DNA of 33,869 nt from a virus. Lineage: Duplodnaviria; Caudoviricetes. Below the pieces are notes generated by a model. It had not been told where the DNA came from and searched no databases. It saw only the letters and a list, made by a program, of their open reading frames with translations. The position numbers and the translations under genes were made by a program. Below, in pieces: positions 31,680-33,869 of the stretch (its first letter is position 1; every line of letters starts with the position of its first letter). The stretch is taken from positions 1 through 33,869 of the IMG/VR virus record IMGVR_UViG_3300020042_008599; one strand, written 5' to 3'.

Positions 31680-31722
31680 ATTGCAGGTCTGCTACGAGCA
31701 GGTCTATTTCACGATCGTTCAT
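31510..31722 (-). CDS. Small coiled-coil hypothetical protein, 70 aa
   Basis: GGAGG RBS and ATG 31722 overlapping the upstream stop. Heptads LVADLQYENKQLRRQRDAAVEEAIHLRHTL. Confidence 0.65.
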   Translation of the reverse strand: MNDREIDLLVADLQYENKQLRRQRDAAVEEAIHLRHTLEHIYAKCVLAIRESRPADTGGDTSPHNDKSSY

Positions 31723-32174
31723 ACACAATCCTCCAGTGCTGGCGGCACGTAGTTGGGGCCTTTGAGAACCTTGCCGTCCTGATCGAAGTACGGCTGGCCC
31801 TCGGGTGAGAACTTGCTCCAGTTGGAGGTGTTCACGATGTTCACAGCACGGGCCGTGTCTATGCGTGCGGTCTGTCCAACGCCTATGGCGGTCACAACCT
31901 GATCGGCAAGTGCATCGGCCAACTCCTTGCGGTTGGCAATGCTTGCGGTGATGCGCCCAGCCTTCAGGCCGTCCGAGAAGTCCTTGAGCTGCTGGTAGAT
32001 CATCGAGTTCTTGCCGGGCATCTCCACGCCCGTGCCGTTCTTGTAAGTGAAGCGCAGGGCTTCAATCATCTCCACGATTTCTTCGAGGTGGCATCCAAGC
32101 TGGACATTGAAGCCTTGTTCAGTGGGATTGGGTCGGGCACGGTTGTGCCAGAGTGCAATGGACTCGATTGACAT
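31719..32174 (-). CDS. MazG-like / PRA-PH family NTP pyrophosphohydrolase (DR2231-like)
   Basis: EE..E, ELADALAD..V, SN.SK and DGKVLKGPNY..P.L motifs. Confidence 0.85.
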   Translation of the reverse strand: MSIESIALWHNRARPNPTEQGFNVQLGCHLEEIVEMIEALRFTYKNGTGVEMPGKNSMIYQQLKDFSDGLKAGRITASIANRKELADALADQVVTAIGVGQTARIDTARAVNIVNTSNWSKFSPEGQPYFDQDGKVLKGPNYVPPALEDCV

Positions 32175-32377
32175 GGGAGCGCTTTCTGTTGGTTGATGAA
32201 ATCGGTCAAGCGCGCGATGCGCTCTGCGTGGTAGTTGGCCATGTGGTGTGCATACTCTTCGGCGCTGTGTGCCTTGAGCTGCTCCCGCTGGGCGTGCGCC
32301 AACTCTTCCTCGGCCAGCACGAGTGCGGTCGGTGGTTGAAGTAAGCGAATGAAGTCTGCGAAAAAGATTCTGAACAT
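32066..32377 (-). CDS. Hypothetical helical protein
   Basis: Likely start MFRIFF at 32377. PT...LA..EL..AQR..L.A.SA.EYA..M..YH..RI.RL core. The C-tail overlaps the MazG-like gene by 109 nt. Confidence 0.6.
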   Translation of the reverse strand: MFRIFFADFIRLLQPPTALVLAEEELAHAQREQLKAHSAEEYAHHMANYHAERIARLTDFINQQKALPCQSSPLHSGTTVPDPIPLNKASMSSLDATSKKSWR

Positions 32378-32384
32378 GGGGTGT

Positions 32385-32564
32385 TTATTTTGCCTTGGGT
32401 TTGAAGCGCGTGTCTTTTGTTTTTGCACGATGTGCTTGACCCGCCTTGGATGCCTTGATGGATTGCTCTTGGTCCTTGATCATCCGCTCGCTCCTGCCAA
32501 ACGGGCTACCCTCGCGGATGTTGAATGCGTTGGGCAAGGGCCAGATTCGTTCGTCGATGTTCAT
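32385..32564 (-). CDS. Small basic hypothetical protein, 59 aa (not in ORF track)
   Basis: ATGA overlap with the upstream stop. MNIDERIWPLPNAFNIREGSPFGRSERM...RFKPKAK*. Fills the gap. Confidence 0.6.
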   Translation of the reverse strand: MNIDERIWPLPNAFNIREGSPFGRSERMIKDQEQSIKASKAGQAHRAKTKDTRFKPKAK

Positions 32565-32974
32565 TGTGCTACCCCGTTGTAAATTTCAGTTCGCATGGCG
32601 TTGGCTTGAGCGATGAACTTTGGATGCACCCGTCTGTTCAGCACCTGCGCCTCGTCCAGTGCACGTTCAATGGGCACCGCTTGAGTGGAGTCCCACTTGT
32701 CCGTCTTGATCAAGGCTTGGCATGCGGACATGCCACCACGCAGTATACGAACACCCACGTCCGCGCCGCCGATGTTCGGGTCCATCTCCGATGCTACACC
32801 GATAGTCGCCAGCATTAAAGCCAAGTTCTCCAGCAGGTCAGCGCACGGCTCGCCGTCTTCCATCATGTAGAGCCTGATCTTGCGGGTGGTCAAGTCCTCG
32901 GCAAGCTTCTTCTGTGCCATAGCACGGGCCACTGGGTTGAGGGCTGTGTTCTTGCTGACGTACTTGACTCTCAT
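32561..32974 (-). CDS. Hypothetical protein, 137 aa
   Basis: ATG 32974 in ATGA overlap (MRVKYVSK...). Confidence 0.7.
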   Translation of the reverse strand: MRVKYVSKNTALNPVARAMAQKKLAEDLTTRKIRLYMMEDGEPCADLLENLALMLATIGVASEMDPNIGGADVGVRILRGGMSACQALIKTDKWDSTQAVPIERALDEAQVLNRRVHPKFIAQANAMRTEIYNGVAQ

Positions 32975-33072
32975 GCCATTATCCAAAAAGCGATTAACAG
33001 GCCGAAGCCCACGATGATGGTCATGTAGATAACGTACAGACAGATGGTTTGCAGTGCTTCCCAGTCATCCAT
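32971..33072 (-). CDS. 33-aa single-TM protein (not in ORF track)
   Basis: AAGGAG RBS. MDDWEALQTICLYVIYMTIIVGFGLLIAFWIMA*. Confidence 0.65.
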   Translation of the reverse strand: MDDWEALQTICLYVIYMTIIVGFGLLIAFWIMA

Positions 33073-33232
33073 GATTCTTCTCCTTGAGTTTTTTCTCAGC
33101 CCACCAGACGGCGGACTCAAACGCTTGCTTGTCCACCCAAGACTCTTTCCAGCCCTGCTCGATGTCCTCGTCCGTCAGCCCCACCCACTGGCGCTGGTGT
33201 GCGTACTCTTGTGTGTCGTCGTCGTCAATCAT
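33065..33232 (-). CDS. Small hypothetical protein with WVGLTDE...KLKEKN motif
   Basis: ATG 33232 in ATGA overlap. I recall the motif as common in aquatic phage early regions. Confidence 0.7.
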   Translation of the reverse strand: MIDDDDTQEYAHQRQWVGLTDEDIEQGWKESWVDKQAFESAVWWAEKKLKEKNHG

Positions 33233-33330
33233 TTCTTCTTCACCCACATAAGTGCCAGCGCGAAGCCGACGATGATGCCAAACGCCGTGCCAAAGGCCAG
33301 CGTCAACAGGATTTGAATTGCTTCGTTCAT
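33229..33330 (-). CDS. 33-aa single-TM protein
   Basis: ATG 33330 in ATGA overlap. MNEAIQILLTLAFGTAFGIIVGFALALMWVKKK*. Confidence 0.65.
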   Translation of the reverse strand: MNEAIQILLTLAFGTAFGIIVGFALALMWVKKK

Positions 33331-33530
33331 CGCACCACCCCCACTACAACAGCCAACACACCGCCACCGATGGCACCGAGCACGATGCCCAGCCACAGCG
33401 CGGCCCAGTACTTCATAGACTTGCGCCATGCGCTGGGGGCTTGATGAATCCAAAAGGCAGGGTTACGTCTGCCCACCTTGGCGGGGCTGATGTTGAAGTG
33501 CTCTTGCTCAAATTGTTCTCTTGAGGTCAT
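33327..33530 (-). CDS. Small protein with C-terminal TM
   Basis: GGAGG RBS and ATGA overlap. TM WAALWLGIVLGAIGGGVLAVVVGVV. Confidence 0.7.
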   Translation of the reverse strand: MTSREQFEQEHFNISPAKVGRRNPAFWIHQAPSAWRKSMKYWAALWLGIVLGAIGGGVLAVVVGVVR

Positions 33531-33748
33531 TTGCTCCTCCGATCACAGTATTTGTTGATCTCCTTGATGGCCCGTGGCTCGTTGCCATCGAACCACCACG
33601 CGGTGCATTGCTTGTAGAGTTCAGCCCCACTCAGCATCGCCCGGTCACGTCCCTCAACGTAGCCCTGCTCAAAGCCCTTGGTGAATGCGTAGCCCGTCAT
33701 GATGTAGAGAGACGCGACCAGCGCCAGCCCAATGAGCACGTACTTCAT
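33527..33748 (-). CDS. Small membrane-anchored protein
   Basis: N-terminal TM, GF..GY..G repeat and two Cys (C.AWWF...C). Confidence 0.7.
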   Translation of the reverse strand: MKYVLIGLALVASLYIMTGYAFTKGFEQGYVEGRDRAMLSGAELYKQCTAWWFDGNEPRAIKEINKYCDRRSK

Positions 33749-33869
33749 ACGGCACCCGCGGCGGTACGCATCACCTCAACAGTGCCGGGCTGTGTCGCCG
33801 TGGTGTAGGTATCCTTGCCCCATGCCGCAGTCAGCACGGTGCAGATCGACGAGCGCACCACCTCAGGGT
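33745..33869 (-). CDS. Hypothetical protein, C-terminal fragment (truncated by window edge)
   Basis: Open frame PEVVRSSICTVLTAAWGKDTYTTATQPGTVEVMRTAAGAV*, with its stop overlapping ATG 33748. Confidence 0.55.
   Translation of the reverse strand, partial: PEVVRSSICTVLTAAWGKDTYTTATQPGTVEVMRTAAGAV

Larger units (their letters stand above)
1..33869. mobile_element. Tailed dsDNA bacteriophage genome segment (podovirus-like; late arm on +, replication/early arm on -)
   Basis: Dense, translationally coupled genes (ATGA/TAATG overlaps) encoding tail, lysis, ejection-like and replication proteins. No host housekeeping genes, tape measure gene or sheath gene in the window. Confidence 0.95.

Noticed and set aside
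1-33869. tRNA/ncRNA genes or stop-codon reassignment
   Set aside because: Intergenic gaps are all shorter than about 60 nt, and genes tile the window under the standard bacterial code.

Overview
The whole window is part of a tailed dsDNA phage genome, probably a short-tailed (podovirus-like) phage. A freshwater Betaproteobacteria host is my inference from gene families I recall. Two long operons converge with no gap at 21526/21527. The + arm (1-21526) is the late region. It carries a tail fibre C-terminus and chaperone, a His-repeat fibre/spike, and a first nozzle-like + needle-like gene pair. Next come an extended lysis cassette (three lipoproteins, embedded Rz/Rz1-type spanins, a 2-TM holin candidate, M15 peptidase endolysin) and a second, paralogous nozzle-like + needle-like pair. 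It ends with four candidate ejection proteins (one with a GH108 lysozyme, one of 2238 aa with an HExxH motif) and several tiny basic proteins. The - arm (21527-33869) is the early/replication region: small hypothetical and membrane genes, a MazG-like NTP pyrophosphatase, DUF6378, family A DNA polymerase (Leu762 type), Cas4-like exonuclease, VRR-NUC, SNF2 helicase, SSB-like protein, primase-DUF927 helicase and an HNH protein. The most notable observations are the duplicated nozzle+needle module with differently placed inserted beta-domains, a perfect 20-bp palindrome centred on the abutting stop codons of the two operons, an unannotated Met/Lys/Cys microprotein, a shared [YM]xxGGx[VI] motif and a frameshift-split lipoprotein. 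No RNA genes, CRISPR array, integrase or reverse transcriptase were seen. Family names come from motif recognition, not database searches.
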